Positions 25,915-36,090 of a stretch of DNA of 64,000 nt are shown here, piece after piece. Source of the DNA: Candidatus Nanohaloarchaea archaeon (lineage in GTDB: Archaea > Nanohalarchaeota > Nanosalinia > Nanosalinales > Nanosalinaceae); contig JBDGRE010000005.1 in assembly GCA_042218325.1 (NCBI GenBank), positions 9,055 to 73,054 of the forward strand. The letters are read 5' to 3'. Both the position numbers and the translations under genes were made by a program. The notes beneath the pieces were generated by a model, which was given only the letters and a program-made list of their open reading frames with translations, was not told the DNA's origin and did not search any database. Position 1 is the stretch's first letter. Each line of letters starts with the position of its first letter.

Positions 25915-28855
25915 ATTTGGAATAACCGCAGTCGGGGCACTTCTTGCAGCCTTCCTGGAGGACGAGCATGCCGCCGCAGTCGGGGCATTCGGGGTTGGCG
26001 CCGTCCTGAATGATGTCGGCGGCGTCAGCGCTTTTCTCGGCGGGTGTCTTGCCAGCGTTCTCGGTCTCGGTGCTCCCGTCCTCGTAGTCCTGGACGGTCT
26101 GCTGGGCCGTGTTGCCGCCGGAGAGGTGGCGTTTCATCGCCTCCGCTATCGCGTCCGGAACAGAGTGGATTTGTGTTCCCTGGTCCCAGGCTATCTGCGG
26201 TGAGCGGATGTCGTCGAGCTGGTTGACGACCTCCTCCGCCGTGGCGCCCGAGCGTAGTGCGAGCGAGATGGAGCGGCCGAGGGCCTGTGTGAACGACTCG
26301 GTGTAGCCGCCGCTCTTGCCGAGGTTGGCGAATACCTCGAAGACGCCCTGGTCGTCCTCGTTGACCGTGACGAACAGGTCGCCGTACGCGGTCTCTATCT
26401 CCTGCGTGGTGCCGGAGATCATCTTCGGTCGTTCACGCGCTGCGCCGTTCTCGTCCATCTTGGAGTGGTCGACCGTGCCGGAGGGCTCCGCGTCCGCCGT
26501 TTCAGGGCTCGAGGCCTCGACTCCTTCCTGCGAGATCTCCTGGTCGAGGTCTTCTTCCTGGACTGCGAGGTCGGTCTGTTCCGCGACCTCCTGGAACTCG
26601 TTGGACTTGAGCAGCTCTTCCGCACCTCCAAACTCGTCGACGAGGGCCGACAGCATGTCGACCTTGTCCATGTCCGTCTGGACGTTGTCGGCGTTCTGCT
26701 TCATGACCTCCGTCTCCCGCGTGCCGTCGCGGTAGACTGTCATGCCCTTGATGCCCTTGTCGTACGCCCGCATGTACGCCTCGCGGACGTCCTCCTTGGA
26801 AGCGTCGTTCGGGAAGTTGCAGGTCTTGGAGATGCCGGAGTGGTTGTGCTTCTGGAACGCGGCCTGGATGTCGACGTGCTCTTCAGGCTTGACCCTGTCC
26901 GCGGTCATGAACAGTTCCTTGACCGCGGGTGGGAGCACTTCGTCTTCGAGGGAGTCGACGCCGTCCCACTCGTTGTTGCGCATCTTCTCCTCGACCTCTT
27001 CACGCACCTTTTCTACGTCGATGTCGTTGGCCTCGAGGGCCTTGATGAAGTAGTCGTCGAACTCGACGAGCATGTCCTCGCCCTGGATGTCCTTCGCGAC
27101 GTTCTTGAAGTAGGCGACCTGGAAGATCGGCTCGCAGCCTCCAGAGGTGTTGCCTATCATCGATGTGGTTCCAGTCGGCGCGATGGTGACCGTGTTGTGG
27201 TTGCGGAGCTTGAGGCCGTCCTCGAACTCCTCAGGGTCGTAGCCCCCGCTCATCTTGTTGAACCACTCAGGGTACTCCGTGGGTTCAGCCCACTTCGACT
27301 TCTCCCATTCGTCGAACTCGCCGCGTACGTCCGCGAGCCGGTGGCTTTCCTCGACCGAGAACTTGGTGATGAGTCGCTGTATCTCCTTTGCGGCTGCGAC
27401 TGACTCGTCCGAGCCGTATCGGATGCCGAGCTGAATCAGCATCTGCGCGAAGCCCATGAGCCCGAGGCCTATCTTCCGCATCTCGCTGACCTTTTCCTCT
27501 ATCTGCTCCAGCGGGAAGTCGGACATGGTGACGACGTTGTCGAGGAAACGGGTGCCTATCTTGGCGATGCGCTCCAGCTCCTCGGTGTCGAGAGCTTCCT
27601 GGATGTACTCCTGCATCGCGATGTCCAGCTCCTCCTCGTTCTCGTAGCTGATCTCGTGCTCCTCGCACCACTCGTGGAAGTTCAGGCCGAGGCCGTCGCC
27701 CTGGTCCTCCACCAGCAGCGACAGGTTGATGTGGCCGAGGTTGCAGGCCTCGTAGTTCTCGAGCGGCTGCTCGGCGCACGGGTTGGTGGCCTCCATCTTG
27801 TGCTCCGGGTGCTCCTCGACGTCGAACGAGTGCTGGTCGTTCGCCTCGTCGTAGACGTAGAAGCCTGGTTCTCCGTTCCTCCAGGCCCCGTCGACGAGTG
27901 TCTCCCAGATGAAACGGGCTGGAAGCGTCATGGTCTCTCCCGGTTCGAGGTCGATGTCGAACTCGTCCACCTCGTCGCCGAAGGTGTGGGCGAAGTCACG
28001 CCAGAAGTTGTCGTCCTTGCCCTGGTCGCTGCCCGCGGCCTCCGGGTACCAGTCCTCGTCGCGGTTGTAGAACTCCGCGGTCTTCCGGGTAACGGTGTGA
28101 GGTTCGTCGTTGCGCGGGTTGATGAGGGTGTAATCCTCGTCGTTCTTGACCGCCTTCATGAAGTCGTGGGTCAGTCCGACCGAGATGTTGAAGTTGCTCA
28201 GGTTTCCTTCCTTCCTCTTCGATACTATGAAGCGGAGGATGTCCGGGTGGTCGACGCGCATGATTCCCATCTGCGCTCCCCTGCGTTTTCCGCCCTGCTT
28301 TATCGTCCCGCACATGGTGTCGAACACCTGCTGGAACGTTAATGGGCCCGAGGCGATTCCGCCGGTGCTTGATACCGGGTCGCCCTTCGGCCGCATCAGG
28401 TGGAATGGGTAGCCGACGCCGCCTCCTGTCTGGAATATCTTCGCCGCGTCATGGACCTTGGAGAAAATCGAGTCCATGTCGTCCTCGGGATGGACAACAA
28501 AGCAGGCGCTCAGCTGCTGTAATTCCGCTCCTGCGTTCATCAGCGTGGGAGAGTTCGGCATGAACTTGAGGTTGGTCATAAGGTCGTAGAACTGCTTCCA
28601 TGACTCCTCGAAGCTGTAGTCGTCGTACTTCTTGTCCGGCTGCGCGACGTTCTTCGCGACGCGCTCGAACATCTCCTCCGGTGTCTCCGTTACGTTGCCC
28701 TCCTCATCCTTGAGGAGGTACCGCGCCGGCAGTATCCTTTCGTACGCGTTCTCCGTCAGTCTTTCCTCTACCGTGTCTCCGGTCACCCGCTTGACAGGTA
28801 GCTGGTAGTCAGATTTTTCGTTTATCTCGCCTGTTTCGGTAACAGTGTCAGTCAT
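25910..28855 (-). CDS. nrdJ: Adenosylcobalamin-dependent (class II) ribonucleotide reductase
   Basis: 981 aa with [12 protein letters not shown], active-site TNPCAEQPL and a C-terminal Cys-rich zinc ribbon (CPDCGG...CKKCPDCG). Confidence 0.9.
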   Translation of the reverse strand: MTDTVTETGEINEKSDYQLPVKRVTGDTVEERLTENAYERILPARYLLKDEEGNVTETPEEMFERVAKNVAQPDKKYDDYSFEESWKQFYDLMTNLKFMPNSPTLMNAGAELQQLSACFVVHPEDDMDSIFSKVHDAAKIFQTGGGVGYPFHLMRPKGDPVSSTGGIASGPLTFQQVFDTMCGTIKQGGKRRGAQMGIMRVDHPDILRFIVSKRKEGNLSNFNISVGLTHDFMKAVKNDEDYTLINPRNDEPHTVTRKTAEFYNRDEDWYPEAAGSDQGKDDNFWRDFAHTFGDEVDEFDIDLEPGETMTLPARFIWETLVDGAWRNGEPGFYVYDEANDQHSFDVEEHPEHKMEATNPCAEQPLENYEACNLGHINLSLLVEDQGDGLGLNFHEWCEEHEISYENEEELDIAMQEYIQEALDTEELERIAKIGTRFLDNVVTMSDFPLEQIEEKVSEMRKIGLGLMGFAQMLIQLGIRYGSDESVAAAKEIQRLITKFSVEESHRLADVRGEFDEWEKSKWAEPTEYPEWFNKMSGGYDPEEFEDGLKLRNHNTVTIAPTGTTSMIGNTSGGCEPIFQVAYFKNVAKDIQGEDMLVEFDDYFIKALEANDIDVEKVREEVEEKMRNNEWDGVDSLEDEVLPPAVKELFMTADRVKPEEHVDIQAAFQKHNHSGISKTCNFPNDASKEDVREAYMRAYDKGIKGMTVYRDGTRETEVMKQNADNVQTDMDKVDMLSALVDEFGGAEELLKSNEFQEVAEQTDLAVQEEDLDQEISQEGVEASSPETADAEPSGTVDHSKMDENGAARERPKMISGTTQEIETAYGDLFVTVNEDDQGVFEVFANLGKSGGYTESFTQALGRSISLALRSGATAEEVVNQLDDIRSPQIAWDQGTQIHSVPDAIAEAMKRHLSGGNTAQQTVQDYEDGSTETENAGKTPAEKSADAADIIQDGANPECPDCGGMLVLQEGCKKCPDCGYSKC

Positions 28856-28993
28856 TGTTGTTGGATCCCCCTTTGATGAGCATGAGTGAAGTGAAAGCTG
28901 TGTGAAGTGAACCTGTGAGTATGAGCTGTAAGCATCATTTCTTTTCGGCCTCCGAAGACCTCGGTCTTCTTTGTGTCCGAAAATCTACGATTT

Positions 28994-29434
28994 TCATCCA
29001 TCCTGTAGGGCCTCGACTTCTTCCTGGAACGATTCCGCGTTTTCGAAGCTGTCGTACACCGATGCGAACCTGATGTAGGCGACCTCGTCCCGCTTCTTCA
29101 GCGCCTCCTTGACGAACTCTCCTATCTTTTCCGCCGGGATTTCCTTGCGGTCGACCACGTTCTGCCGGACCTCTTCGACCGCCTCGTCGATACCCTGTTC
29201 ATCGAGCTGGGTGTTCTCCGCGGCCTTCTCGATGCCGGACCGTATCTTCTCCTCGCGGAAGTCCTCCCGGGCACCGTTTTGCTTCACGACCTTGACGTCG
29301 TACTTCTCCACGGTCTCGTAGGTCGTGAAACGCCGGTCGCATGAGGCGCACTCCCTGCGTCTCCTTACGCGTTCCTTCGATTCCCTGGTGTCGACCACGT
29401 TGGTCGAGCATGCTTCGCAGTACGGGCATTTCAT
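28994..29434 (-). CDS. nrdR: Transcriptional repressor NrdR (Zn ribbon + ATP-cone)
   Basis: MKCPYCEACSTNVVDTRE...RRRRECASCDRRFTTYE followed by an ATP-cone (KREDFREEKIRSGIEKA...YIRFASVY). Confidence 0.85.
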   Translation of the reverse strand: MKCPYCEACSTNVVDTRESKERVRRRRECASCDRRFTTYETVEKYDVKVVKQNGAREDFREEKIRSGIEKAAENTQLDEQGIDEAVEEVRQNVVDRKEIPAEKIGEFVKEALKKRDEVAYIRFASVYDSFENAESFQEEVEALQDG

Positions 29435-29480
29435 CGCTTGGATACACCTGTATCTGTCTTTAACTCTTTGGTGCAGTGCA

Positions 29481-29496
29481 CCACTACATATAGGGG
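29481..29496. promoter_or_regulatory. NrdR-box-like palindrome 1 (CCACTACATATAGGGG)
   Basis: 12 of 16 positions are self-complementary and match the general acaCwAtATaTwGtgt pattern. It lies 47-62 nt upstream of the nrdR ATG, next to a TTAAAG TATA-like box. Confidence 0.5.
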
Positions 29497-29513
29497 AGAA
29501 TCTTTCCCCTACC

Positions 29514-29529
29514 CCCGTATATGTCGTGC
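29514..29529. promoter_or_regulatory. NrdR-box-like palindrome 2 (reverse complement GCACGACATATACGGG)
   Basis: 13 of 16 identical to box 1 in inverted orientation. Centre-to-centre distance is 33 bp, about three helical turns. Confidence 0.45.
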
Positions 29530-29661
29530 TTTCGCATTCTTCAATTGATGCCCTCCGCTTATTAACCCTTCCATGTTGAGCGAGATTGAACTTTTTGAAT
29601 AACCGTCAAAATGCTCCAGGATTCCGGGCTGTTTTAATTTTTCTCCCCCCTCCGGTTTTTC

Positions 29662-30510
29662 ATGGCGAACGGTCCACATTGCTCCGACGTCGCGCAGCGA
29701 TACATACTGCAAGAGATGAGGGCTGTAGGGGCGGGAGCCGAGCTCAGGGAGGTGACAGATTTTTCATCGTCCCACGATGGAGAGTTCGAATGGAGCGTGG
29801 GCGAGGTTTTCCGGGACAGCGTATTGAGAGATTTCGATGCGAAAGGGCACCGGGATTATCCGCTGGAGGAGCCGGAGTACGGCTTGAGAGCGCTGGACGA
29901 TATCTATAGTATTATAGAGACGACTTCCGACGGGAGCAAGAGGCTGGAAGGTCTCCGCGCGCTCGACATCGGCTGGGACTTTCCCGTGGACGGTAGAACC
30001 GCGAGAGAATGGAAAAAGAACTACCGGGACACGGGACTCCTTGACAGAGAAGGAGAAGTCACGCCGGAAGACCGAGTCTTCCTCGACACCGATCCCCGCA
30101 ACTACCAGCTTGAGGGCGTCGGCGTGGAGGATGTGGGAGAGGTTTACCGTGACCTCACCACGAAGAAAGTCGGGGAGAACCGGGCGCCGACCGGCCAGAA
30201 GCTGGAGGCGCTGTTCCTCTACAGTACAGGAATGAGCCACAAGGACGTCAGCCGGGCCACCGGGCTGGCTTACAGGACTGTCAAGAGCTTCGCCTATACC
30301 ATGCGGGATGAACACGGGATTTTAACGAACAGCTACAGGTTGACGCACGAGGGCTTCGAGTTCGCGAACATGGTGATGGACCAGCTCGACGGTCTGGAAG
30401 CCGCGACCGAGGAGAGGATAGACGAGGAGCATGGCGACGATTTGCGGGTCGCTGACTTGGAGGATTTCCGCGGGAACGGCTACATGGCGAGGGCGCTCGC
30501 CGGCAACTGA
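29662..30510 (+). CDS. Hypothetical protein with C-terminal HTH (Bat/HTH_10-like)
   Basis: KLEALFLYSTGMSHKDVSRATGLAYRTVKSFAYTMRDE is an HTH segment. Acidic, 282 aa. Confidence 0.45.
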   Translation: MANGPHCSDVAQRYILQEMRAVGAGAELREVTDFSSSHDGEFEWSVGEVFRDSVLRDFDAKGHRDYPLEEPEYGLRALDDIYSIIETTSDGSKRLEGLRALDIGWDFPVDGRTAREWKKNYRDTGLLDREGEVTPEDRVFLDTDPRNYQLEGVGVEDVGEVYRDLTTKKVGENRAPTGQKLEALFLYSTGMSHKDVSRATGLAYRTVKSFAYTMRDEHGILTNSYRLTHEGFEFANMVMDQLDGLEAATEERIDEEHGDDLRVADLEDFRGNGYMARALAGN

Positions 30511-30540
30511 TTTTTGAAGCTTTCACTTCATGGTTGTAAT

Positions 30541-32334
30541 ATGGCAGACGAAATCGTTCCCGACACATCGATACTTATCGACGGAAAGCTCTCGGAACTC
30601 GCTGAGAGAGGCGAGATAAAGTCTCCTGTGATGATACCCGAGTTCGTTGTCGATGAGCTGGAGAACCAGGCCAACCGCAGCCTCGAAACAGGCTACACGG
30701 GTATCGAGGAGATAGACACGATAAGAAAGATAGGGGAAAGGGAAGGTTTCGAGGTCAAGTTCACCGGAAGAAAGCCGACAGAGGAAGAGATAAAACTGGC
30801 CGACAACGGCCGCATCGACGCTCTCATCCGTGACCTCGCCGAGGAAAGAGGAGCGACGCTTTACACCGCGGACGTGGTCCAGGGCAAGATCGCCCGGGCG
30901 AAAGGTCTCGACGTGAAGCTGTTCGAACGGGAGCCGGAGACGAAGTTCCCGCTGGAGGAGTACTTCGACGATGAAACCATGAGCGTGCACCTGAAGCAAG
31001 GGGCCGTGCCGAAGGCCAAGCGCGGCATGCCCGGCGAGTTCGCGCTGGAGAACATAGGCGACAAGAAACTGTCCCGCGGCAAGATGGAGCAGCTTATACA
31101 GGATACTATAGAGGCCGCCGAGATGTCGGACAAGGGCCTCATCGAGCTCCAGAAAGAGGGCGCGACAGTGGTACAGCTCGGCCGTTACAGGATAGCTATC
31201 TCCCGGCCGCCGTTCTCGGAGGCTCCCGAGATAACAGCGGTGAGGCCGGTGGCGAAGGTCGGCCTCGAAGACTACGACCTCTCCGAGAAACTGATGGAGC
31301 GGCTTGACGAGACCGCGGAGGGTATCCTCATCGCGGGGGCGCCGGGCCACGGGAAGTCTACGTTCGCGCAGGCGCTGGTAGAGCACTACGAGGAGCAGGG
31401 CAACGTCATGAAGACGATGGAGAAGCCGCGCGACCTCGACGTCGGCCCGGACATCACGCAGTACGCCGAGCTCGAGGGAGAGATGGAGAACACCGGCGAC
31501 TTCCTGCTGCTTGTAAGACCTGACTTCACGGTCTACGACGAGGTACGGAAGACGAAGGACTTCGAGGTCTACAGCGACATGAGGATGGCCGGCGTCGGCA
31601 TGATCGGCGTAGTCCACGCCTCGGAGGCCGTCGACGCGGTGCAGCGCCTGATCGGCCGGGTGGAGCTCGGCATGATACCGCAGATCGTGGATACGGTCGT
31701 CCACATCGAGAACGCGGAGGTCGCGAAAGTCTACAAGCTGGAACTGACCGTCAAGGTTCCCGAGGGCATGACAGAGGAAGACCTCGCCCGGCCGGTCGTA
31801 CTTATCAGCGACCTCGAGGGCGAGCCGCAGTACGAGATATACACTTACGGTGAGGAAACAGTCGTCATCCCCGTCGAGGCAGAGGGCCGTGAAACCGGTG
31901 CGCAGAGGCTGGCCCGGGACCAGCTCGAGCACGTGCTCGAGAAACGGGGTATAAAGGATGCGGAGATAGAATTCGTGTCCGACGACCAGATCCGGCTGCT
32001 CGTTGACGAGGACGACATCCCGCACATCATCGGCAAGGGCGGCGAGAACATCGACCGGCTGGAAGACGACCTCGGCCTGTCGATAACCGTCGAGCCACGG
32101 AAGTCGACGATGAAGAGCGAGACCGGCTTCGGTGTCGAGGAAAGAGGCAACTCGGTCATCATCTCGGTGGGTGAAGACCTCTCCGGCCAGGAAGTCGACG
32201 TCTACGACGGCGACGAGTTCCTGTTCACCGCGACCGTCGGGAAGAAAGGCGAGGTATCCGTCACCAAGAGCTCGGAGCTCGCATCCCGCATCCTCGGCGC
32301 GGAGGAAGCCGGCAGACTGGATGTAAGAGTGTAG
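30541..32334 (+). CDS. PIN domain - PilT-like ATPase - KH domain protein
   Basis: Start at MADEIVPDTSILIDG (PIN), Walker A GAPGHGKST and a C-terminal IIGKGGENIDRLE KH motif. Confidence 0.7.
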   Translation: MADEIVPDTSILIDGKLSELAERGEIKSPVMIPEFVVDELENQANRSLETGYTGIEEIDTIRKIGEREGFEVKFTGRKPTEEEIKLADNGRIDALIRDLAEERGATLYTADVVQGKIARAKGLDVKLFEREPETKFPLEEYFDDETMSVHLKQGAVPKAKRGMPGEFALENIGDKKLSRGKMEQLIQDTIEAAEMSDKGLIELQKEGATVVQLGRYRIAISRPPFSEAPEITAVRPVAKVGLEDYDLSEKLMERLDETAEGILIAGAPGHGKSTFAQALVEHYEEQGNVMKTMEKPRDLDVGPDITQYAELEGEMENTGDFLLLVRPDFTVYDEVRKTKDFEVYSDMRMAGVGMIGVVHASEAVDAVQRLIGRVELGMIPQIVDTVVHIENAEVAKVYKLELTVKVPEGMTEEDLARPVVLISDLEGEPQYEIYTYGEETVVIPVEAEGRETGAQRLARDQLEHVLEKRGIKDAEIEFVSDDQIRLLVDEDDIPHIIGKGGENIDRLEDDLGLSITVEPRKSTMKSETGFGVEERGNSVIISVGEDLSGQEVDVYDGDEFLFTATVGKKGEVSVTKSSELASRILGAEEAGRLDVRV

Positions 32335-32383
32335 CACCTCCTCTCGTCTTTTTATAGGAGCGGTAAAAACCAGTTCCTGTTGT

Positions 32384-33274
32384 ATGAAGAAGAAGAAGCT
32401 GGAGCTGTTATCGGGATCGACGGTCTTCCTGCTCTCAGTGGCCCTATTACTGTTTTTCAGGGGCGGTTCTACCTTGCTTCTGGTAGCTGTTTTTGCGGCC
32501 CAGTGGACCTCGATACTCGTGTTGATAGGCGCCGTTGACAGGTACTTGCTTGAAGAATCTGTCTTTGATATAGGCCCGAGAAAGCTATCGGAGCTACTTC
32601 TTGGGTCGATAATATTTCATGTCGGACTCGTCTTCTATGGCGGCGCAGCGATCCGGACGATGTGGTACTATCCCGGTCTTGATTTCCTGGTGTACGCGGC
32701 TCTTGCGCCTGTAGGTTACTGCCTCTACGGCCTGGCTCTCTACGGTCTTTACGAGACCGTGGAACGCGAACTTGAGCCAGTACCACGTGAGAATCACCTC
32801 GGAGGATACTATTCTTCGCTGATGAAACTTGAGATAGCTGCCGGTGTAGCAGGGGCAACAGTATCTACCTATTACATTATCGACCTTGTGTTTACGCATC
32901 AGATAGCTCTCGGGGCGATACAGCAGGCTCCGGAACTGCAGCTGCCTCTCTGGTTCTTCTTCCTCCCCTGGTTATCCATGTTCCTGCTTTTCGACGGCCT
33001 GTGTTACCTCAGTGGTAAGACCACGCTGACGCTGAAGACCATCAACAGGGACTTCAGCCCGGTGTACGCTATACTGATAGCGAGTGCGATAGGGATTCTC
33101 ATGATAGAGGTCGTGAACTCGCCTGTAGGCCTGTGGGAGTTCGTGAACTGGCCCTACCCGGATTTCAAGATATTCGGTTTGCCGGGGCTGGTTTACGCAG
33201 TCTGGCCGCTGCAGCTACCTGCTCTTCTCGCCGTGATACGGTTGATTATGCCCGAGGGAGAACGAATCTGGTAG
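32384..33274 (+). CDS. Polytopic membrane protein, hypothetical
   Basis: 296 aa with 8 or more hydrophobic helices. Confidence 0.45.
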   Translation: MKKKKLELLSGSTVFLLSVALLLFFRGGSTLLLVAVFAAQWTSILVLIGAVDRYLLEESVFDIGPRKLSELLLGSIIFHVGLVFYGGAAIRTMWYYPGLDFLVYAALAPVGYCLYGLALYGLYETVERELEPVPRENHLGGYYSSLMKLEIAAGVAGATVSTYYIIDLVFTHQIALGAIQQAPELQLPLWFFFLPWLSMFLLFDGLCYLSGKTTLTLKTINRDFSPVYAILIASAIGILMIEVVNSPVGLWEFVNWPYPDFKIFGLPGLVYAVWPLQLPALLAVIRLIMPEGERIW

Positions 33275-33314
33275 ATGAAAGCTTTTTACAGTAGCCCGAC
33301 GGGAGTTCAACACA

Positions 33315-34475
33315 GTGAGACAGCTCCAGGTAACGGTACCGGAGAAGTTCAGGGACGAGGCCGGCGAGATACTTGACGAGTATTCAAGCGATGTCAGCTC
33401 CAGCGAGGTCGAGAAGGACGACCGAAAAGCGGTGGAGTTCACTGTCTCAGCGGAGTCGGAGGATATCGACGAGCTCAGCGAGGAACTGAAAGATATCGAG
33501 GACCTGGAAACAGGCGAGCTGTCGATACGTGTGCTTGAGCAGGAGTCGCTTATAGAGAAAGGCCAGCAGACACGGGGCTCGAGCAGCTCGCTTTCACAGG
33601 AAGAGCTCTACTCCAAGGCCCAGGAGTCCGCAGATTTCTCCGGCGCGCAGTGGGGGCTTATAGCGGTCTCGGCGGCGATAGCCGCCTACGGACTCGCTCT
33701 CGACAATGTCATAGTGGTGATAGGTGCGATGATGCTTGCGCCGCTGCTATCGCCTTTCGTCTCCGCTGCCATCTCGCTCGTTGTCGGCGATAGCAGCCTG
33801 ATGAAGACCTCATTCGTGCACGGCGCCCTGAGCATACTTCTCGCCGTGGCGGTGTCCTTCCTGGCTGTTCTCCCGTTCCCCATAGGAGCGAACCCTACGC
33901 TGGAGCTGGTGGTTTCCTCCAACGTGCTTTCCGTTCTGCTGTCGCTTCTCGTCGGGGCTGCAGCTGCACTGTCGTTCGCTACCGGTTTGCGGGACCAGAT
34001 AGCAGGCGTCGCTGTGGCCATAGCTCTCGTTCCACCTCTCGCGTCTATCGGTATAGGCCTGAGGATGGGAGATTTCCTGTTCGTGGGCCGGGCGGCCACG
34101 GTGGCTGCGATAAACGTGCTTGCAGTCGTCATATCCGGCTTCGTGACGTTCAACCTTCTCGGGCTGAAACCATCCACTTACTACAGGGAACGCGAGGCGG
34201 AGAAGATGAGGGCAGTGGTCCCCGCAGCATTCGTCCTGCTTGCGCTGCTGGCCGCACCCGTCGCCTATTCATCTTACCAGGGCTACCAGGACGTACTCGT
34301 GGAGCAGAAGGTCAGGAACTCTGCCAGCGACTACTTCGGCCAGGATCTTCTTGACGTGCGCTTCCAGGACGGGACCGCTACCGTCATAGTCATCGGCGAC
34401 CACAACGCAACGGAGTTCAGCCGCCAGGTCCCGCAGGACATCGACGTCCGTTTACGCGAGCTCCGCACCGGGTAG
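33315..34475 (+). CDS. DUF389-like membrane protein
   Basis: Acidic N-terminal soluble domain, then G/A-rich TM repeats (IGAMMLAPLLSPFVSAAISLVVGD). GTG start. Confidence 0.55.
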   Translation: MRQLQVTVPEKFRDEAGEILDEYSSDVSSSEVEKDDRKAVEFTVSAESEDIDELSEELKDIEDLETGELSIRVLEQESLIEKGQQTRGSSSSLSQEELYSKAQESADFSGAQWGLIAVSAAIAAYGLALDNVIVVIGAMMLAPLLSPFVSAAISLVVGDSSLMKTSFVHGALSILLAVAVSFLAVLPFPIGANPTLELVVSSNVLSVLLSLLVGAAAALSFATGLRDQIAGVAVAIALVPPLASIGIGLRMGDFLFVGRAATVAAINVLAVVISGFVTFNLLGLKPSTYYREREAEKMRAVVPAAFVLLALLAAPVAYSSYQGYQDVLVEQKVRNSASDYFGQDLLDVRFQDGTATVIVIGDHNATEFSRQVPQDIDVRLRELRTG

Positions 34476-34506
34476 TTATTTAAAAAAGCGCTGAAAAACC
34501 GGTGAT

Positions 34507-34863
34507 ATGGCTATTAGCCAGCTTATACTGGCCGTGAACACCGCAGGAACCCTTGCCATCGGCGCTATCTGCTTCTTCATCGTCTACACCACTTTCACGG
34601 GCATCGAGGACAGCGCGATACAGGAGTTCTCGAAACGGTTCATGATGGCGATAGCCGTGCTTATCCTGTACGTCTCTTACTTCACGATGTACAACGCCTT
34701 CCTGCAGGGCTCTACAGTCGCCCGCTACCCGCTCTACCTGATACTCGTCTTCGTGTTTATCTACATGATCTACGCGGCCGTTGGATTCGAGAAAGTGGCA
34801 GAGTCTTACGGTATCTCGCAGTCATCCAAGTTGGAGAAGATGGAAGACCAGGAGATGGGATAG
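34507..34863 (+). CDS. Small membrane protein
   Basis: 118 aa with three or four TM helices. Confidence 0.45.
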   Translation: MAISQLILAVNTAGTLAIGAICFFIVYTTFTGIEDSAIQEFSKRFMMAIAVLILYVSYFTMYNAFLQGSTVARYPLYLILVFVFIYMIYAAVGFEKVAESYGISQSSKLEKMEDQEMG

Positions 34864-34915
34864 ATGGTAGGGTAGAACGCGAAGGAAGGGAAAAAATAGA
34901 AGATATATGCTGGAG

Positions 34916-36088
34916 CTACCTGTGCTCCGTCCTCCTGTCGTGCTCGTCACGGATTATCCGGTTGAGCTCGTTGAGGGCCTCGTCGAGAGCGTCCATCAGT
35001 TCCCAGCCCTCCTCGTTTACCGCGGTTACGCCATACTCGCTGACTAGTTTCAGGTCGAGTTGCCAGCGGTGCTTCTTGCCGTCCTTCTCCGCCTTTTTTA
35101 CACGGAGAGTTAGGTCCTGAGGCTTCTCAAGCTTGCGGCCGAGCGAGCCCTGCAGCTGGTTGCGGAGCTTGTTGTGGATGACTGCCTTCTCCTCTGGCAG
35201 GTCGACTCCTGTCAGCTGCACCAGTATGGTCTGCTGCTGTGCAAGGTCCGCTAGGTGGCCTATCAAGTCTTTCGACGTGATGATGGCCCCCGGGTAGCCG
35301 CTTTCCACGAAGATGATGTCGTCTTCACCGGACTCCTTCATCCTGTCAACGGCTTCCGAGGCCGGCATGTGGTCCTCGCTTGTCTGAGGGTTCTCGTGCA
35401 TCAGCTGGTCCGCGGTTATGTCGGACATCCTGTCCTTTTCCTTCCCGCCAGCGATGTTGACCTCTTTCCTACCGGAACGGTCTCCTGACGTCCCTCCGGC
35501 TGACTGCTTCTCCCTCTTTATCATCATCCGGAGGATATCTATGCTGTCGATGATGCCTGCAAGTTCGCCCTCGCTGTCAAGGACAGGCACCCGGGAGATG
35601 TTGTTGTCAAGCATGGCGTGCCGGACACGGTCGAGCGAGTCGTCCTCGCTGACCGTCACAAGTTCCCGGGTAGCAAGCCTGCCGGTTTGAACGTCCTCAA
35701 GCTCGTCGACGCCGTCGAGCGCCTCTATGAACTCGCTGTCACCGATGACTCCCTCGAGCTTCCCGTCGTCGAGCAGTACAAGCATCTTCCGGCCCGAGTT
35801 GATGCGCAGGTCCGCTATGTCGACCAGGTTATCGCCTGCCTCGAACTCCGGCGGCTGGTGCATGACCTTGCCTGGCGCGGTTATCTCCGGGTTGAACTGG
35901 ACGAAACGCACCAGTTCCCTGTAACTGATGGCTCCCTCGAAATCGCCGTCCTCGTCTACTACGGGGATGGCTCGGAGGTCGTTCTCCTCCATCCTGTTCT
36001 TTATCTGCGATATAGATTCCTCGGTCGTCGCGGTTACGTGCGACGTGTTCATGACCTGTTCCGCCGATATCTCGAAAGCGGAAGTCAT
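34916..36088 (-). CDS. Four-CBS-domain protein with C-terminal HPF/RaiA (S30AE)-like domain
   Basis: Start at MTSAFEIS (ATG 36088). Four CBS repeats precede a tail ILVQLTGVDLPEEK...HRWQLDLKLVSEYGVTAVNEEGWELMDALDEALNELNRIIRDE with a beta-alpha-beta-beta-beta-alpha pattern. Confidence 0.55.
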   Translation of the reverse strand: MTSAFEISAEQVMNTSHVTATTEESISQIKNRMEENDLRAIPVVDEDGDFEGAISYRELVRFVQFNPEITAPGKVMHQPPEFEAGDNLVDIADLRINSGRKMLVLLDDGKLEGVIGDSEFIEALDGVDELEDVQTGRLATRELVTVSEDDSLDRVRHAMLDNNISRVPVLDSEGELAGIIDSIDILRMMIKREKQSAGGTSGDRSGRKEVNIAGGKEKDRMSDITADQLMHENPQTSEDHMPASEAVDRMKESGEDDIIFVESGYPGAIITSKDLIGHLADLAQQQTILVQLTGVDLPEEKAVIHNKLRNQLQGSLGRKLEKPQDLTLRVKKAEKDGKKHRWQLDLKLVSEYGVTAVNEEGWELMDALDEALNELNRIIRDEHDRRTEHR

Positions 36089-36090
36089 TT

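Noticed and set aside
26044-28563. Series of plus-strand ORFs (e.g. 26465-27403, 27656-28342) inside the nrdJ region
   Set aside because: All are antisense to an unambiguous 981-aa class II RNR gene. Their compositions are arginine/valine/leucine-rich and motif-free.
28886-28911. CRISPR-like or other repeat array
   Set aside because: There are only two 10-nt copies with a 6-nt gap between them. No longer periodic repeat-spacer structure was seen anywhere in the window.
30523-32337. 604-aa ORF on the minus strand exactly mirroring the 606-aa plus-strand ORF
   Set aside because: The plus-strand product has clear PIN, Walker A and KH motifs. The minus-strand translation is R/L/V/H-rich with no motifs and no host-like acidity. 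This is a typical antisense shadow ORF of GC-rich, GAN-codon-rich genes.
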